Source of the DNA: Sinorhizobium meliloti
GTDB lineage: Bacteria; Pseudomonadota; Alphaproteobacteria; Rhizobiales; Rhizobiaceae
NCBI RefSeq assembly: GCF_017876815.1
Contig: NZ_JAGIOS010000001.1
Coordinates: forward strand, 990,001 to 1,022,000
DNA: 32,000 nt
Direction of reading: 5' to 3'
Made by a program: the position numbers and the translations under genes. The notes beneath the pieces are model-generated. The model saw only the letters and a list, made by a program, of their open reading frames with translations, did no database searches and was not told the origin of the DNA. Within the stretch, counting starts at the first letter, position 1. Each line of letters begins with the position of its first letter. This document shows, piece by piece, positions 1 to 9,479 of the stretch.

Positions 1-762
1 GCCCGGGCGGGCGAAGACGTGAAGGTCTTCGTCGACACCGCCCCTGTCATGGAGAAGCCGCTTGCGGAAAAGGCCGGCATCGGCTGGCAGGGCAAGCACA
101 CCAATCTGGTCAGCCGCGAATTCGGCTCCTGGCTCTTTCTCGGCAGCCTCTTCACGACAGCCGAACTGGACCTAGACGAGCCCGAGCGCGACCATTGCGG
201 CTCCTGCCGGGCCTGCCTCGACGCCTGTCCGACCGATGCCTTTCCGGCGCCCTACCGCATCGACGCGCGACGCTGCATCTCCTATCTCACGATCGAGCAC
301 AAGGGATCGATTGCGCCTGAGTTGCGGCCGCTGATCGGTAACCGCATCTATGGCTGCGACGACTGTCTCGCCGCCTGTCCCTGGAACAAGTTCGCGCGTT
401 CGGCATCGGAAATGAAACTCCAGGCGCGGGACGATCTCAGGGAACCGGAGCTCTCCTTCCTGCTGACGCTCGACGACCCAGGTTTCCGGGCCTTCTTTTC
501 CGGATCACCGGTAAAGCGCATCGGGCGTGATCGTTTCGTCCGAAATGCCTTGATCGCCGCCGGCAATTCCGGTGAGAAGAGCCTGATAGAGGTCTGCAAG
601 GCGCTGGCGGCGGATGCATCGCCGACCGTCAGGGGGATGGCGGTCTGGGCGCTTTCGCGACTGATTTCATCCGCCGATCTGGCGGTCTTCGCCCGGCAAT
701 GCGGGCCTGAAACCGATGACGAGGTTCTTGCGGAATGGCAAATGGCGGGAGTGAACCGATGA
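1..762 (+). CDS. queG: epoxyqueuosine reductase QueG, 5'-truncated by the window edge
   Basis: The frame is open from base 1. The translation contains ..[13 protein letters not shown].. and two ferredoxin-type Cys clusters ([23 protein letters not shown]) followed by a HEAT-like tail, as in QueG. Stop TGA at 760-762. Confidence 0.9.
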   Translation, partial: ARAGEDVKVFVDTAPVMEKPLAEKAGIGWQGKHTNLVSREFGSWLFLGSLFTTAELDLDEPERDHCGSCRACLDACPTDAFPAPYRIDARRCISYLTIEHKGSIAPELRPLIGNRIYGCDDCLAACPWNKFARSASEMKLQARDDLREPELSFLLTLDDPGFRAFFSGSPVKRIGRDRFVRNALIAAGNSGEKSLIEVCKALAADASPTVRGMAVWALSRLISSADLAVFARQCGPETDDEVLAEWQMAGVNR

Positions 763-1634
763 ATGTCCTGATCCTTGGTGCGGGCTATTCCGGCACGGCG
801 ATCGCGAGCGCGCTCGCTCCCCTGGCGATGTCCGTGTCCGGCACCACCCGGGCGGCAGAAAAGCTCGGCCGCCTGCAGGCTGCCGGTATCCGCCCGATCC
901 TCTTCGACGGCGCGGAAATATCGGACGAGCTCAAGGATGTGATGAGGGAAACCACCCACCTCGTTCAGTCGATCGCGCCGGGCCGCGATGGCGACCCGAT
1001 GTTTCGCGCCGGAACGCCGCCGCTTGCCGAACTTCTGCCGCGGCTGGAGTGGGTGGGCTATCTTTCCACGGTCGGCGTCTATGGCGATCACGGCGGCGCC
1101 TGGGTCACCGAGGATACGCCGCTCAACCCGGTCTCGCAGCGCTCGCTGGAGCGTGTGGAAGCCGAAAACGCCTGGCTCGAGCACGGCGCACAGCGCGGCA
1201 TTCCGGTGGCGGTGCTTCGGCTTGCAGGCATTTACGGCCCGGGCCGCAATGCCTTCCGCAATCTCTCCGAAGGCACGGCGCGCCGCGTCATCAAGCCGAA
1301 CCAGGTCTTCAACCGTATCCGCGTCGAAGACATCGGCGCGGCGACCGCCCTTCTCGCAAAGCGGGGCGTGGGCGGCGTCTTCAACGTGACCGACGACGAG
1401 CCGGCGCCACCACAGGATGTGGTCCAGGAAGCCGCCCGGCTGATGGGCGTCGAACCTCCGCCCGAGATCCCGTTCGAAACCGCAGATATGTCCCCCATGG
1501 CGCGTTCTTTCTACGGCGAGAACAAGCGTGTCTCCAATGCGCGACTGCGCCAGGCGGGCTTCGATCCGGACTTCCCGAACTATCGCGTGTCGCTTGCACA
1601 GCTGTGGACATCGGGAACCTGGGACCGGAAATAA
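759..1634 (+). CDS. NAD(P)-dependent SDR / epimerase-family oxidoreductase
   Basis: ATG 759 overlaps the queG stop (ATGA). N-terminal Rossmann motif [16 protein letters not shown], and an epimerase/dehydratase-like body. The ORF-track start at 735 lies inside queG, so I prefer 759. Confidence 0.8.
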   Translation: MNVLILGAGYSGTAIASALAPLAMSVSGTTRAAEKLGRLQAAGIRPILFDGAEISDELKDVMRETTHLVQSIAPGRDGDPMFRAGTPPLAELLPRLEWVGYLSTVGVYGDHGGAWVTEDTPLNPVSQRSLERVEAENAWLEHGAQRGIPVAVLRLAGIYGPGRNAFRNLSEGTARRVIKPNQVFNRIRVEDIGAATALLAKRGVGGVFNVTDDEPAPPQDVVQEAARLMGVEPPPEIPFETADMSPMARSFYGENKRVSNARLRQAGFDPDFPNYRVSLAQLWTSGTWDRK

Positions 1635-2095
1635 GCACCTATTTCCTCAAGGCCGACCAGAATATCGCGCGGGATGTCAAGCAAGTCTAACGCCGTTTTG
1701 AAAGTATTGATTTCACGCGAATCGCCTTGACACGATTATGCTGTCATTATTCGGCCTATACTTCGCCATTTTCCACAACCTTGGCGCTAGTAGCAAGAAT
1801 TCAACGGTCTCGATTCCCGATTTTTCATGCAAGGCGAAAATTTTAATGATTTTATTTGCGAGAGGCGTCGCTGCGCGGGCCGGCGCGCCGCCAGCAGCGC
1901 TTAGTTGCTGATTCCAAAGAACTTCCCTCGCAATTCTAAACTAATTCAATCTGTTGTTTATTTTTAAAATCAACAGGTCTTCAGACATTCCTAATGAGAA
2001 CTTAACGGTTGAAGCACGTTTTTGCCATGTTTCACCTCAATTAGCTCGATCAACAAAGGGAACTGACGAATTTTTCAAACCGAAGGGGGCATCGC

Positions 2096-2470
2096 TTGAC
2101 GCCAGCGAAAATCAAGACTGCTGCCGCGGCAGCACTATTCACCGTCGGGATGGGCCTGGTCTCGGCATCCGAAAGTCAGGCAGCAGGCGCTGGTTGCGGG
2201 GGAGCATCCTGGTACGCGCTTTCCTCCAAAACGGCCTCCGGCGAAAGAATGAATGCCGCGCACCTGACCGCCGCGCATCGCAAACTGAAATTCGGCACGA
2301 AGGTCCAGGTGACCAACAAGCGCAACGGCAAGTCCGTCGTCGTCCGGATCAATGATCGCGGCCCGTTCATTCGCGGCCGGGTGATCGATCTCTCCAAGGC
2401 GGCCGCCTCCAAGATCGGCATGATCCGCTCCGGCACCGCCAGCATCTGTTACACGGTCGTCAATTCCTGA
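2096..2470 (+). CDS. RlpA-family (DPBB domain) secreted lytic-transglycosylase-like protein
   Basis: TTG start 6 nt after AAGGGGG. Signal peptide ending ..[12 protein letters not shown] core [59 protein letters not shown] is typical of RlpA-like proteins. Confidence 0.8.
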   Translation: MTPAKIKTAAAAALFTVGMGLVSASESQAAGAGCGGASWYALSSKTASGERMNAAHLTAAHRKLKFGTKVQVTNKRNGKSVVVRINDRGPFIRGRVIDLSKAAASKIGMIRSGTASICYTVVNS

Positions 2471-2483
2471 CGATGCGCAGGAT

Positions 2484-2505
2484 TCGCCCGGTTCATCTCG
2501 GGCGA
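2484..2505 (+). terminator. hairpin downstream of the RlpA-like gene (TCGCCCG / CGGGCGA, 8-nt loop); no U-tract
   Basis: The 7-bp GC-rich stem starts 14 nt after the stop codon. There is no T-run after it, so this is only a weak intrinsic-terminator call. Confidence 0.3.
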
Positions 2506-2606
2506 GCCAGACTGCAAGGGCCGGTCGCGCCCCTTACATAATGCGGCCGCCGTCTTGCTCTTCGATGTCATCGCCGCTACCACGGCGAAAAAGGAGTTCA
2601 TCGAAG

Positions 2607-3896
2607 ATGCGATTGGGCGGAAGGCTCTCCGGGGCCATCGAGGTTCTTGACGATATCGAAAAGCGCAGGCGACCCGTCGCCGATGCCCTCAAGGATTGGG
2701 GCCTGTCCCACCGCTTCGCCGGCTCCGGCGATCGCGCCGCCATCGGCAACATCGTCTATGATGCCCTGCGGATGAAACTCTCCCACGCCTACCTCATGGA
2801 CAGCGACACCCCGGTAGCCCTCGGCCATGCGGTCATGTACCGGCAATGGGGCTTTCGCGCCGACACGCTTGCGGCGGAACTCGCCGACGACAGGTTCGCG
2901 CCCGAAGCGCCTTCGGAAGCGATGATGAAGGCCTTCGCCCAGCGACGGCTCGAAGATGCTCCCCTGCATGTGCAGGGCGATATTCCGGAATGGACGCAAG
3001 GCTCGTTCGAAGAGAATTTCTCCGACGACTGGCTCGCCGAGGCGAAGGCTCTTGCCGGCCGGCCGACTCTCGATCTGCGCGTCAACACGCTGAAGGCGAC
3101 GCGCGAAAAGGTGCTGAAGGCGCTGGAGCGCAGCGGCGCCGAGCCTGCGGCGATTGCCCGGCACGGTGTGCGCATTCCCGCCGGCGAGGGCGCATCGCGC
3201 CTGCCGAACGTAACGGCGGAAATCTCGTTCCAGAAGGGTTGGTTCGAGGTGCAGGACGAGGGCTCGCAGATTGTCGCAGACCTCGCCTTGCCTGGCGAGG
3301 CCGAGCAGGTCCTCGATTACTGCGCCGGCGGCGGCGGCAAGACATTGGCCATGGCGGCGGCGATGAACAATAAGGGCCAGGTCCACGCTTACGACGCCGA
3401 CCGCAAACGGCTGGCGCCCATTATCGAGCGTCTGAAGCGTGCCGGCACCCGCAACGTGCAGGTGCACGAGTCGACCGAGTCGCTCACATCGCTCATCGGG
3501 CGGGTCGATCGCGTGCTTGTCGATGCGCCATGCACCGGGACCGGAACCTGGCGGCGCCGCCCCGACACGAAATGGCGCCTGACGCAGAAGAACCTCGAGG
3601 AACGACTGGCCCAGCAGGAGGAGGCGCTTGCCGGTGCCGCCCAGTTCGTGCGCCCCGGCGGACATCTGATCTACGTCACCTGTTCCGTCCTTCCGGAGGA
3701 GAACGAGGCGCAGGTCTACGGCTTCTGCGAGGACAATCCGGAATTCGAGGTCCTCTCGGCCGCCGACAACTGGGCGGCGCTCTTCGGCACCGATAAGCCA
3801 CAGCCCTGGTCCACCGATATGAAGACCGTCACGCTGACACCGGCATCGACCGGAACCGACGGATTCTTCTTCTGTCTCATGGGCAGGAAGCGTTAG
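2607..3896 (+). CDS. RsmB/NOP/Sun-family class I SAM-dependent RNA (cytosine-C5) methyltransferase
   Basis: ATG 2607 lies 10 nt after AAGGAG. SAM-binding motif DYCAGGGGKT, and the catalytic Cys motifs DAPCTGTGTWRRRPD and YVTCS. The ORF-track start at 2541 has no RBS. Confidence 0.9.
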   Translation: MRLGGRLSGAIEVLDDIEKRRRPVADALKDWGLSHRFAGSGDRAAIGNIVYDALRMKLSHAYLMDSDTPVALGHAVMYRQWGFRADTLAAELADDRFAPEAPSEAMMKAFAQRRLEDAPLHVQGDIPEWTQGSFEENFSDDWLAEAKALAGRPTLDLRVNTLKATREKVLKALERSGAEPAAIARHGVRIPAGEGASRLPNVTAEISFQKGWFEVQDEGSQIVADLALPGEAEQVLDYCAGGGGKTLAMAAAMNNKGQVHAYDADRKRLAPIIERLKRAGTRNVQVHESTESLTSLIGRVDRVLVDAPCTGTGTWRRRPDTKWRLTQKNLEERLAQQEEALAGAAQFVRPGGHLIYVTCSVLPEENEAQVYGFCEDNPEFEVLSAADNWAALFGTDKPQPWSTDMKTVTLTPASTGTDGFFFCLMGRKR

Positions 3897-4050
3897 GCAG
3901 CCCGGGGATTCCGGCCGTTCGAGGCGGGCGGCAACTTCAAGCCGTTCTAAACTATACACTTTGACACCAGTTTACTTTTGGTCCATGACTCTTGCGCTTT
4001 TCACGGGGTTGGAGCTGTACGCTCTATCGACGAGCAACAAGGAGAGGGTC

Positions 4051-5331
4051 ATGTCCAAGAATTTCATCCGCGCCGCGGCGCTGGCGCTCATGACGGCGAC
4101 ATCGGCGCTGGCGTTGCAGCCGGCGAATGCGGCGACGGACGCAGCCGCGGTCGTCAAGCATTACGCGGCCGTTGCGCACGCCAAATACGAAGATGCACTG
4201 GCCACGGCAGAAGCGCTGGAAAAGGCCGTGGATGCACTGATTGCAGGCCCGAGCGAGGAAACGCTGAAGGCCGCGCGGGAGGCCTGGCTGAGGGCACGCA
4301 ACCCCTATCAGGAAACCGAAGTCTATCGCTTCGGCAACACGATCGTCGACGAATGGGAAGGCAAGGTGAATGCCTGGCCGCTGGATGAGGGCCTCATCGA
4401 CTATGTCGACGCCAGCTACGGCAGCGAGAGCGATGAGAACGCCCTCTTCACCGCCAATGTGATCGCCAACAAGACGATCAAGGTCGACGGACAGGATGTC
4501 GATGCCACGAACATCACGCCGGAGCTCCTCTCCGGCACGCTGCAGGAGGCAGGCGGCATCGAGGCGAATGTCGCGACCGGCTATCACGCGATCGAATTCC
4601 TGTTGTGGGGGCAGGATCTGAACGGAACGGGCCCGGGCGCCGGCAACCGGCCCTATACGGATTTCGACACCAAGGCCTGCACCAACGGCAATTGCGACCG
4701 CCGCGCCGCCTATCTGAAGGCAGCGACGAGCCTGCTCGTCTCCGACCTCGAGGAGATGGTCGCGAACTGGACACCGGACGGCGCTGCGACCAAGGCGGTC
4801 GAGGCGGATCCGAAGGCCGGCCTCGTGGCGATCCTTACCGGCATGGGCTCGCTCTCCTATGGCGAACTCGCGGGCGAGCGCATGAAGCTCGGCCTGCTCC
4901 TCCACGATCCGGAAGAGGAGCACGACTGCTTCTCCGACAATACCCACAACTCGCACCTGCACGACGCGATCGGCATCCAGTCGGCCTATAGCGGCGAATA
5001 TACCCGCGTCGACGGCAGCAAGCTTACCGGCCCTTCGCTTTCCGAGCTCGTCGCGGCCAAGGACGCGGCCCTCGACAAGGAAATGAAGGATGGTCTCGCC
5101 ACAACGGTCGAGAAGATGCAGGTGATGGCCAAGCGCGCAGAAACGGGCGAAGCCTACGACCAGATGATCGGCGAGGGCAACGCGGAGGGCAATGCGACGG
5201 TTCAGGCGGCGATCGACGGGCTGATCGCCCAGGCGAAGACCGTCGAACGCGTCATCGCCGCGCTCGATCTCGGCACGGTGGAACTTGAAGGTTCCGACAG
5301 CCTGGATAATCCTGGCGCCGTCTTCCAATAA
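4051..5331 (+). CDS. imelysin-family (peptidase M75-like) periplasmic protein, IrpA/IcmP type
   Basis: ATG 4051 follows AAGGAGAGGG. Signal peptide ..ALQPANA/AT. Conserved imelysin HxxE motif GYHAIEFLLWGQD (His-x-x-Glu codons at 4585-4596). Confidence 0.9.
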   Translation: MSKNFIRAAALALMTATSALALQPANAATDAAAVVKHYAAVAHAKYEDALATAEALEKAVDALIAGPSEETLKAAREAWLRARNPYQETEVYRFGNTIVDEWEGKVNAWPLDEGLIDYVDASYGSESDENALFTANVIANKTIKVDGQDVDATNITPELLSGTLQEAGGIEANVATGYHAIEFLLWGQDLNGTGPGAGNRPYTDFDTKACTNGNCDRRAAYLKAATSLLVSDLEEMVANWTPDGAATKAVEADPKAGLVAILTGMGSLSYGELAGERMKLGLLLHDPEEEHDCFSDNTHNSHLHDAIGIQSAYSGEYTRVDGSKLTGPSLSELVAAKDAALDKEMKDGLATTVEKMQVMAKRAETGEAYDQMIGEGNAEGNATVQAAIDGLIAQAKTVERVIAALDLGTVELEGSDSLDNPGAVFQ

Positions 5332-5379
5332 GCTGAAAAGACGGGCCGCGACGGACAGGTGGCGGCCCGGCCTCCCTCG

Positions 5380-6930
5380 ATGAGAACGATCGCCCGCTTT
5401 CTAGCGCTAACCGTTGCCGCGCTCATTGGCTTCGCCCCCGCGGCGTCGTGCGATGGCGGTATCGCGCAAAGGGCGGGTGTCGGGTGCGCGCCTGTTCGCG
5501 ACGACCTTTCCGCCCATGACCTTGAGCGCGTCCTGACGGTCACGCGCCCAACCACCGATTTTTCCAGACCTGAGCCATTCGAGTCGATGCCGGGCGGCGC
5601 TGCGACGACGCCTGCACCTCCCGACCGGAGGGCCTTTTCGCACGCCTCCGCCAATCTCCCTTTCGAGGACGAGCAGGATTTCCACCTCGGCAAGGCGCTC
5701 TTCGAAAAACTCTGGGTCTCCTCGCCGTCGTCCACGCAGGCCTCGGACGGGCTTGGGCCGCTCTACAATGCGAGGGCCTGCGAGAGCTGTCATGTCCGCG
5801 ACGGACGCGGCCGTCCGCCCGAGGGGGCCGTCGACGCGACGTCGATGCTCTTTCGGCTCGCCCGTGCCCCGCGCGACGATGCCGAGCGCGCGGAGTTCGC
5901 CTCCCATGCACGGCTCAACTTTCCCGACCCGGTCTATGGTGCTCAGCTTCAGGACAGCGCCGTGCCGGGGCTTGCTGCCGAGGGCCGCCTCGACATCACC
6001 TATACGGAAGAACCGGTGACGCTTGCCGGCGGCGAAACGGTCCCGCTCCGCAAGCCGCATTACGCGATCGCCGATCCCGGTTACGGACCGCTCGATGCGG
6101 CCACGACGCTGTCGCCGCGCGTCGCCTCGCCGATGATCGGCATCGGTCTCATCGAGGCCATCCACGAGGCCGACATTCTGGCGCGCGCCGATCCGGAGGA
6201 TCGCGACGGCGACGGCATCAGCGGACGGCCGGCCCTCGTGCGCGAGCGCCGGACCGGCCTCGTCACCCTCGGCCGCTTCGGCTGGAAAGCGCAGAACCCG
6301 TCCGTGCGCCAGCAGGTCGCCGATGCCTTTGCCGTCGATATCGGCATCTCCACCTCCGATCTCGACCGCAGTCATGGCGATTGCACGGCTGCCCAGACGG
6401 GCTGCCTCGATCTGCCGGACGGCGTGCAGCCGCGGCTCGGAGCGGTCGAAGCGCCCGACCCGGTGCTCGACCTCGTGACGTTCTATTCCTCCAATCTTGC
6501 CGTGCCTGCTCGCCGCAAGGCGAGATTTCCGGAAACCTTGAGGGGCAAACGGCTCTTCCATGACGCCGGCTGCGCCGCCTGCCACGCACCTAAATTCGTG
6601 ACCCGCCGCGACGCCACGCACCAGGCGCAGGCGTTTCAGCTCATCTGGCCCTATTCCGACTTCCTCCTGCACGACATGGGCGAAGGCCTCGCCGACGGCC
6701 AGCAGGTCGGCGAGGCCAGTGGCCGCGAATGGCGCACACCCCCGCTTTGGGGCATAGGCTTGACCAAGACCGTCAGTGGGCACAGCTTCCTTCTCCATGA
6801 CGGACGCGCCCGAAATCTGGCCGAAGCCATACTCTGGCACGGCGGCGAAGCGGCGAAGGCACGCAATGCCTTCGCCGCCATGCCGAAGGACGACCGCAAA
6901 GCCCTGATCACATTCCTGGAGTCCCTCTGA
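5380..6930 (+). CDS. di-haem cytochrome c / DUF1111-family oxidoreductase (probable lipoprotein)
   Basis: Two CxxCH haem-binding motifs: CESCH (5779-5793) and CAACH (6571-6585). The N-terminus MRTIARFLALTVAALIGFAPAASC has a lipobox-like AASC. The earlier GTG at 5359 lies inside the 5342-5367 hairpin, so I prefer ATG 5380. Confidence 0.88.
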   Translation: MRTIARFLALTVAALIGFAPAASCDGGIAQRAGVGCAPVRDDLSAHDLERVLTVTRPTTDFSRPEPFESMPGGAATTPAPPDRRAFSHASANLPFEDEQDFHLGKALFEKLWVSSPSSTQASDGLGPLYNARACESCHVRDGRGRPPEGAVDATSMLFRLARAPRDDAERAEFASHARLNFPDPVYGAQLQDSAVPGLAAEGRLDITYTEEPVTLAGGETVPLRKPHYAIADPGYGPLDAATTLSPRVASPMIGIGLIEAIHEADILARADPEDRDGDGISGRPALVRERRTGLVTLGRFGWKAQNPSVRQQVADAFAVDIGISTSDLDRSHGDCTAAQTGCLDLPDGVQPRLGAVEAPDPVLDLVTFYSSNLAVPARRKARFPETLRGKRLFHDAGCAACHAPKFVTRRDATHQAQAFQLIWPYSDFLLHDMGEGLADGQQVGEASGREWRTPPLWGIGLTKTVSGHSFLLHDGRARNLAEAILWHGGEAAKARNAFAAMPKDDRKALITFLESL

Positions 6931-8057
6931 TGCGCCTTCCCTTCGCGAGCCTTCCCCTCGCCCTTGGCCTGATATTCCTGGGTGCCCCCGCGGCGGCGCA
7001 GGAAGGCGGTGCGCTTTCCCCGCGCGTCGTCGAGGAGGCGGCCGTGCCGAGCGTGATGACGCAGGCCGTGGACGGCTTCATCATTCCCGGCTATCGCGAT
7101 CTCGCGCGGGCGACGAACGCCCTCTCCGAAGCGAGCGCCGCGCTCTGCAAGTCACCTTCCGAGGCCGCGCTCGAAGCCGCGCGGTCGGCCTTCTCCGACG
7201 TCGTCGAAACGTGGTCCACAATCGAGATCATCCGCCTCGGTCCGGCCCTCGAGCAGAATCGTTTCGAACGCTTCCTCTTCTATCCCGACCGGAAGAGCAC
7301 GGGCTTGAAGCAGGTGCAGGCAATCCTCGCCAATAAAGACGAGAGCGCCGCCAGGGCGGAAAATCTCAAGGGGAAGAGCGTCGCGGTCCAGGGGCTCGGG
7401 GCGCTCGAATTCGTGCTCTACGGCACCGGTGCGGAAGCCCTCTCCGGCGAAAACGGCGGCTTTCGCTGCCGCTATGGGCTTGCCGTCTCGGAAAACCTGA
7501 GGAGCATCGCAGGCGAGTTCCTTGCGGAATGGGAAAAGCCGGACGGCATCCAGGCCGCATGGAAGGAGCCAGGCCCGGGCAATCCGCTCTTTCGCGACAA
7601 CAAGGAAGCCGCGACCGCGCTTCTGGGCGTCCTCGTCCACAGCGTCGAGATGATAAAGGATCAGAGGCTGCGGCCCTTCTACGCCGGAACGGTCGACGGG
7701 AAGCCCGATAAAGGCCATCCGAAGCTTGCGATCTACTGGCGCTCGGCCAACACGATGCCGGCGATCTCCGCCAATTTCAGCGCCCTGCACAGGCTCTTCG
7801 ATACGGCCGGCATGGAGCGCCTTCTGCCGGCTGACAGCCGTTCGATCGCGGGCTCGATCGACTTCCTCTTCAAAGCTCTGATCGCCGCTGCCGACCGGAT
7901 CGAAGGGCCTGTCGGCGCAGCGCTTGCCGATGAGAGGCAGCGCGCCACGCTCGATTTCATCGCGCTCAACACGGCCGATCTGCTCGACCGGCTCAATCGC
8001 GAATTCGGCGGTTCGATCGGGCTTGGCGCCGGTTTCTCCTTCGCCGACGGGGACTGA
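6930..8057 (+). CDS. second imelysin-family protein (lacks the His of the HxxE motif)
   Basis: Its start overlaps the upstream stop (TGATG). Signal peptide ..GAPAAA/QE. The imelysin-like region reads GLGALEFVLYG where the first paralog has GYHAIEFLLWG. Confidence 0.85.
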   Translation: MRLPFASLPLALGLIFLGAPAAAQEGGALSPRVVEEAAVPSVMTQAVDGFIIPGYRDLARATNALSEASAALCKSPSEAALEAARSAFSDVVETWSTIEIIRLGPALEQNRFERFLFYPDRKSTGLKQVQAILANKDESAARAENLKGKSVAVQGLGALEFVLYGTGAEALSGENGGFRCRYGLAVSENLRSIAGEFLAEWEKPDGIQAAWKEPGPGNPLFRDNKEAATALLGVLVHSVEMIKDQRLRPFYAGTVDGKPDKGHPKLAIYWRSANTMPAISANFSALHRLFDTAGMERLLPADSRSIAGSIDFLFKALIAAADRIEGPVGAALADERQRATLDFIALNTADLLDRLNREFGGSIGLGAGFSFADGD

Positions 8058-8232
8058 CACGGGAACGTGAAAACGCTGCGGAACCCGATGGTTGACAAGC
8101 AGGGCATTTCGGAGCAAAGCGCACCCATGGCCGCCCGCGCGGACATGTCTCACCAACAAGGATCAACTCAAGATGAACCCCGACAGTCGAAGTCGAGCCT
8201 TCATGCTCACGGCCGTCCGGACCTGATTTGAT

Positions 8233-8274
8233 CAGGGCTCCGCCGGTCGGATGACTCGGCCCCATGGAGCCCTG
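8233..8274 (+). promoter_or_regulatory. stem-loop whose 3' arm contains the corA Shine-Dalgarno sequence
   Basis: CAGGGCTCC (8233-8241) pairs with GGAGCCCTG (8266-8274) as a 9-bp stem. The loop has an inner GCCG/CGGC stem. GGAG at 8266-8269 is the only SD-like sequence in front of ATG 8277. Confidence 0.35.
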
Positions 8275-8276
8275 AA

Positions 8277-9266
8277 ATGCTGCGCATCTACAAAAGCCAG
8301 AACAGCCGTCTTGTGCTCGTCGACCTCCTCGACGGCCTGGCATGCCAGGAACCGGTGATCTGGTTCGATCTCTTCAATCCGTCGAGCGAGGAAACGCGCC
8401 TTGTCGAGGAGCGCCTCGGCATTGCCATCCCGACCCGTGACGAGATGCAGGAAATCGAACTTTCCGACCGGCTGTACCAGGAGGACGGCGCCGAGTTCAT
8501 GACGATGACGGCGACCGCCAAGCTCGACAGCGATTACCCGGCCAAGGTGCCCGTCACCTTCATCCTCAAAGGCGCGACACTCGTGACCGTCCGCCACGCG
8601 GAACCGAAGCCCTTCCAGGTCTATGCCAACCGCATCATGAAGCCGAACGGCGCGGCTTGCGAGACGGGAGAGCTCGTGATGCTCGGCCTGCTGGAGGCGA
8701 TGATCGACCGTACGGCGGATGCCCTGGAGCGCGCCGGCAACGACGTCGATCAGATCTCGCGGGAGGTCTTCCGCAAGTCGAACGCCAGCGCCACCAAGAA
8801 GACGCGCGACCTGCAGTCGCTGATCGAGCAGATCGGCCAGAAGGGCGACCTGTTGACCGTCATCCGCGAAAGCCTCGTCAGCATTGGCAGGCTCGTCGCC
8901 TATCACGTCGCCATCGAAGGGAGCACGCCCCGCAAGGCGGCCAAGGAGAGCCGGCAGCGGATAAAGCTCGTTCAGCGCGACGCGGCATCCCTTGGAGACC
9001 ACGCGCTGTTCCTGTCGAACAAGATCAATTTCCTGCTCGACGCGACGCTGGGGCTCATCAACCTCGAGCAGAACCAGATCATCAAGATCTTTTCGGTCGC
9101 CGCCGTCGTGTTCCTGCCGCCGACGCTCGTCGCCTCGATCTACGGGATGAACTTCGAGGTGATGCCGGAACTCACCTGGCGGTTCGGCTATCCCTATGCG
9201 CTGATACTGATGATCGCCTCGGCCCTGTTGCCGTATGTCTATTTCAAACGCCGAGGTTGGCTGTAA
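8277..9266 (+). CDS. corA: magnesium/cobalt transporter CorA
   Basis: 329 aa with a C-terminal pair of TM helices and the signature YGMNF (GMN motif). The N-terminal cytoplasmic domain is typical of CorA. Confidence 0.95.
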   Translation: MLRIYKSQNSRLVLVDLLDGLACQEPVIWFDLFNPSSEETRLVEERLGIAIPTRDEMQEIELSDRLYQEDGAEFMTMTATAKLDSDYPAKVPVTFILKGATLVTVRHAEPKPFQVYANRIMKPNGAACETGELVMLGLLEAMIDRTADALERAGNDVDQISREVFRKSNASATKKTRDLQSLIEQIGQKGDLLTVIRESLVSIGRLVAYHVAIEGSTPRKAAKESRQRIKLVQRDAASLGDHALFLSNKINFLLDATLGLINLEQNQIIKIFSVAAVVFLPPTLVASIYGMNFEVMPELTWRFGYPYALILMIASALLPYVYFKRRGWL

Positions 9267-9294
9267 GGTGGAGGTCGAGCCTAAGGTCAAAAGA

Positions 9295-9446
9295 CCCCTC
9301 CCCAACCCCTCCCCACAAGGGGGAGGGGCCGGCAAGGCCACCCCGCCCCGATCCACCAATCCGTCGCGCCAAGAGCGACGGTGGAAAATGGCTGGGGTCG
9401 CCGCGGGGCAAAGCCGCTCCCCCTTGTGGCCTTGTGGGGAGGGGTT
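9295..9446. repeat. RIME/REP-like G/C-rich palindromic intergenic element (inverted copies of the CCCCTCCCCCTTGTGGGGAGGGGTT motif)
   Basis: The left arm is 9295-9328 (CCCCTCCCCAACCCCTCCCCACAAGGGGGAGGGG). It is the reverse complement of the motif seen at 9417-9446 and again at 29930-29974. There is an inner hairpin CCGTCGC..GCGACGG at 9361-9381. ORFs across the element translate to low-complexity P/G strings. Confidence 0.75.
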
Positions 9447-9479
9447 TTCGCCTCGTCTCCGCCCGTTGCAGGAAATCGC

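Noticed and set aside
1954-2355. 133-aa plus-strand ORF starting in the AT-rich spacer and overlapping the RlpA-like gene in another frame
   Set aside because: It has no homology signature. Its first third is AT-rich non-coding-looking sequence, and the overlapping frame encodes a clear DPBB protein with a signal peptide.
3935-3951. Possible Irr iron-control element (ICE, TTTAGAA-N3-TTCTAAA) upstream of the first imelysin gene: CTTCAAG-CCG-TTCTAAA
   Set aside because: The right half-site is perfect, but the left half matches only 3 of 7 positions. That is not enough to call a site without a scored matrix and conservation.
2598-8159. Series of long minus-strand ORFs (2598-3959, 4024-5328, 5407-6840, 7152-8159)
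   Set aside because: Each lies exactly antisense to a plus-strand gene with strong motifs (RsmB, imelysin, the di-haem CxxCH protein, imelysin). All are low-complexity R/G/A/P-rich translations, so they are GC-driven artefacts.
8127-8231. 34-codon ORF (MAARADMSHQQGSTQDEPRQSKSSLHAHGRPDLI) in the corA leader, a possible leader peptide
   Set aside because: It has no SD sequence, no run of regulatory codons, and a composition unlike known leader peptides. I cannot support it without conservation data.
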